The notes under the pieces are model-generated. The model did not search any database. It was not told the DNA's origin and saw only the letters and a list, made by a program, of their open reading frames with translations. A stretch of 64,000 nt of DNA from contig CM059432.1 in NCBI GenBank assembly GCA_030390025.1, positions 136,836,001-136,900,000 of the forward strand. The letters are read 5' to 3'. Position 1 is the stretch's first letter, and every line of letters starts with the position of its first letter. Shown piece by piece: positions 61,769 to 64,000 of the stretch. The stretch comes from Squalus acanthias (Eukaryota). Both the position numbers and the translations under genes were made by a program.

Positions 61769-63021
61769 GTCTCTTGGCAATCAAAGTAGTGAAGGTCAAA
61801 AACAAATGTACCTGCAAAGTGATGCTCAGTAGCCAAAACTAATTCACACAGCATTGACTCTATGCAGAAGTCTCTCCTTCTCTCTCTCAGAACCTCTCTC
61901 TCTGTCAGAACGAGTGGTGCAAAAATGTCTACCACAGAAAAAGCCAGGAAGAGGCCGCGTTTAAATAGTGCCCCCTCAACCCCACAGCGACTGGGAAATG
62001 TTCCAGTCTACCTGTCGTTGCTTGCGCCAGGCGGAAAGGAGGGGGGCGCCACTCAATATCCGGTCCGGGGCGCCACAAGGGCGTTGCACACTCGAATTAT
62101 GTCAAGATCTGCGTGCGCAGGAGCTCGGGACGGTATTGTTTAGCGCCGCCGCAAAATAGCAGACATCGCCGCACCCAGGCGCTAGTTGCTTTGCGCCCCA
62201 TTAGCGCCCTCTTCAGGCGCTAACGGGAGGCGCAAACCAACTGAATTTTTCCCCCTTTGTACCTCGGGGATCAAAGGTACTGTATTTGATTTTGGTGGAT
62301 ATCCTGAATAAACTTTAAGAACTGTAAAACTGTAGTGAAGTTAAGATTTGAGAGTAAGGATCTCTGATAATAAGATTGTAAAGCTTTCTCTTTTTGGAAC
62401 TGTTAATGTTGCGATTGACTCACCAACTGTAAACTGCATGTCGGTTCTTTAATAAATCTATATATTTTTGTATAAAATTGTCTCACATAATACTTCTGTA
62501 TCAAACTTGCGAACTCAATTTCTGTACACTCTTTGGTGAGGAGTTGCTGAATTCTGGAGGAGTTTTCCGGACCCTCACAATATCCAGAAAGTTACAGTCT
62601 AGCTAAACTTATTAAAAGTGCTATCTGGAGGACGGTAACATTTTCAGGTTGTTCCTTTACTTTAGGGAGAGATAGTCCGGACCTTTAGACCCAATTAAGC
62701 GTCTTTAGGATTCGGCTACCTCAAACTTTAGTTGAAAGTGAACGTCTGAGGAATACGCCTGATGTGGGGTAGCCCTAAAGGGGCTAGGACTAGTAATTAT
62801 CCCTTTAATTATACGCTATAGGGTAAATATACTGTGTCATTAAACACTATAGGGTCAATATACTGTGTCATTATACACTATAGGGTAAATATACTGTGTC
62901 ATTATACACTATAGGGTAAATATACCGTGCCATTATACACTATAGGTTAAATATACCGTGTCATTATACACTATAGTGTAAATATACAGTGTCATTATAC
63001 AGTATAGGGTAAATATACCAT

Positions 63022-64000
63022 TGTTGAGGCTGCCGCGAAACACGAATGGAGGCTGAATCCATATGTGGAAAACAAGAAACTTTAATTCACTGCATGGCAC
63101 AGAAAATGGCTGAGAAAGCTGCTCCCAGAATTCTCTGGAAAAACCCTGAAGCCCCGCCCACTCCTGTCTTAAAGGTAAGGGGGGGAAAATTCAGCTGCTT
63201 GCGCCTCCCGTTAGCGCCTTAAGAGGGCGCTAATGGGGCGTAAAGCAGCTAACGCCCGGGCGCAGCGCCGCCCACGCCTCCCGTAAAATTCAGCGGGAGG
63301 TTAGCGGCGGCGCCAGCCGGTAGCGCCTTGTGGCGCTGCGCCGCCGGCGATGACGTCATCGCCATGCGCAGCACACCGCTCGCGCTCCAGCCGCGATCTT
63401 CAGTCGCGCCCCCTGATTTACCGCCAGATGCTATGTCCGACGGGTTCAGGGAGGCGTACGTGCGGCCGGGGCGGCAATATTTAAAGGGGAGGTGGCAGGC
63501 GGCCATTTTTGTTGCTGGCCGCCTGCCAGCACCTGCCCCCGTTGCTGTCCCCGGCCCCCGTGAAGCCCCCCCACCGTGAAGTGCCGGCTGCGCTCCAAGA
63601 GCCCGGCACTTCTCTTGAGTGCCGGGCTCTTTTGCCGGCACTCCCGATCCCTGGGGGCCCAGCTGGGCCCCGGTTCGCGCTGTGCAGGGTCCCTCCCCTT
63701 TAAGAAGGGGAGGAAGGCCTGCAATACCGCGGCGCGACGTGCCGCAGCGCCTGGCGCTGCGGCACGTAGCGCCAGGATATTCCCTCGCAGCGCCCCAAGA
63801 GGGATGCGGGGTGCTTCCAGTGGCGTCACGCTTCCCTCTTGGGGCGCAACCACTGAAGTTCCGGCGCGGGGCCGCTAATTTTTTCGGGGCGCTAAAAGTA
63901 GCGCCCCGGCGAGGTTAGCGCCCCAAATGGGCCGCGACTCAATTTTTACCCCAAGGTGCCTTAAAGGGTAGGTTCACCGATATATTGTCCACAGACGGAA
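63022..64000 (-). mobile_element. Small LTR related to 40491-40727, interrupted by a MITE, runs off the window
   Basis: TGTTGAGGCTGCCGCGAAACACGAA start; homology resumes after 63955 (ATTGTCCACAGACGGAA). Confidence 0.7.
63180..63952 (-). mobile_element. GC-rich non-autonomous Harbinger sharing family A termini (773 bp)
   Basis: TIRs GGGGGGAAAATTCAG / CTCAATTTTTACCCC; TSD AAG; shared subterminal GCGCCTCCCGTTAGCGCC. Confidence 0.85.

Larger units (their letters stand above)
58096..62255. mobile_element. Full-length two-gene PIF/Harbinger transposon, family A (4160 bp)
   Basis: Perfect 16-bp TIRs GGGGGAAAAATTCAGT / ACTGAATTTTTCCCCC; TSD TTT; convergent Myb and transposase genes. Confidence 0.95.
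57508..62807 (+). mobile_element. Solo LTR (~1.14 kb net) split by the full-length Harbinger A
   Basis: Inverted termini TGAAGGAATAA / TTATCCCTTTA; TSD ATTATG/ATTATA; TATAAA at 57998 and 58036; AATAAA at 62307. Confidence 0.6.
40355..63021. repeat. 31-bp minisatellite (TGTGTCATTATACACTATAGGGTAAATATAC)n fragmented by insertions
   Basis: Period 31 checked at 56931/56962/56993; blocks ~40355-40490, 40728-41038, 41765-42859, 43753-45867, 55806-55816, 56710-57507, 62808-63021; about 4.7 kb or ~150 units by length. Confidence 0.95.

Noticed and set aside
57506..62579. Alternative LTR boundaries TGTGAAGG...CCCTCACA
   Set aside because: Leaves ~230 bp unexplained and gives a poorer TSD than 57508-62807, though not fully excluded
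40355..63021. CRISPR-like array (31-bp repeats with intervening sequences)
   Set aside because: Units are head-to-tail with no spacers, interruptions are TEs with TSDs, there are no cas genes, and the context is vertebrate

Overview
Eukaryotic, repeat-dominated DNA. The repeat repertoire (CR1 and L2 LINEs, Deu-domain SINEs, Penelope-like elements, PIF/Harbinger and hAT DNA transposons, solo LTRs) points to a vertebrate, most likely a cartilaginous fish; this is an inference from repeat families only. No host gene can be supported confidently. The first 40 kb is unique sequence mixed with truncated retroelements and MITEs. From ~40.4 kb to the end, a 31-bp AT-rich minisatellite has been split repeatedly by nested insertions. 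These include a nearly intact 4.16-kb two-gene Harbinger (spliced Myb/SANT gene convergent with a HARBI1-type DDE transposase) and three of its four ~0.9-kb non-autonomous relatives, a five-level nest at 45.9-55.8 kb, and two related small LTRs at the same phase of the repeat unit. Five minimal hammerhead-ribozyme motifs lie in Penelope-like termini, two of them in a ~300-bp hairpin insertion. All calls were made by eye. Boundaries without TIR/TSD support are approximate.
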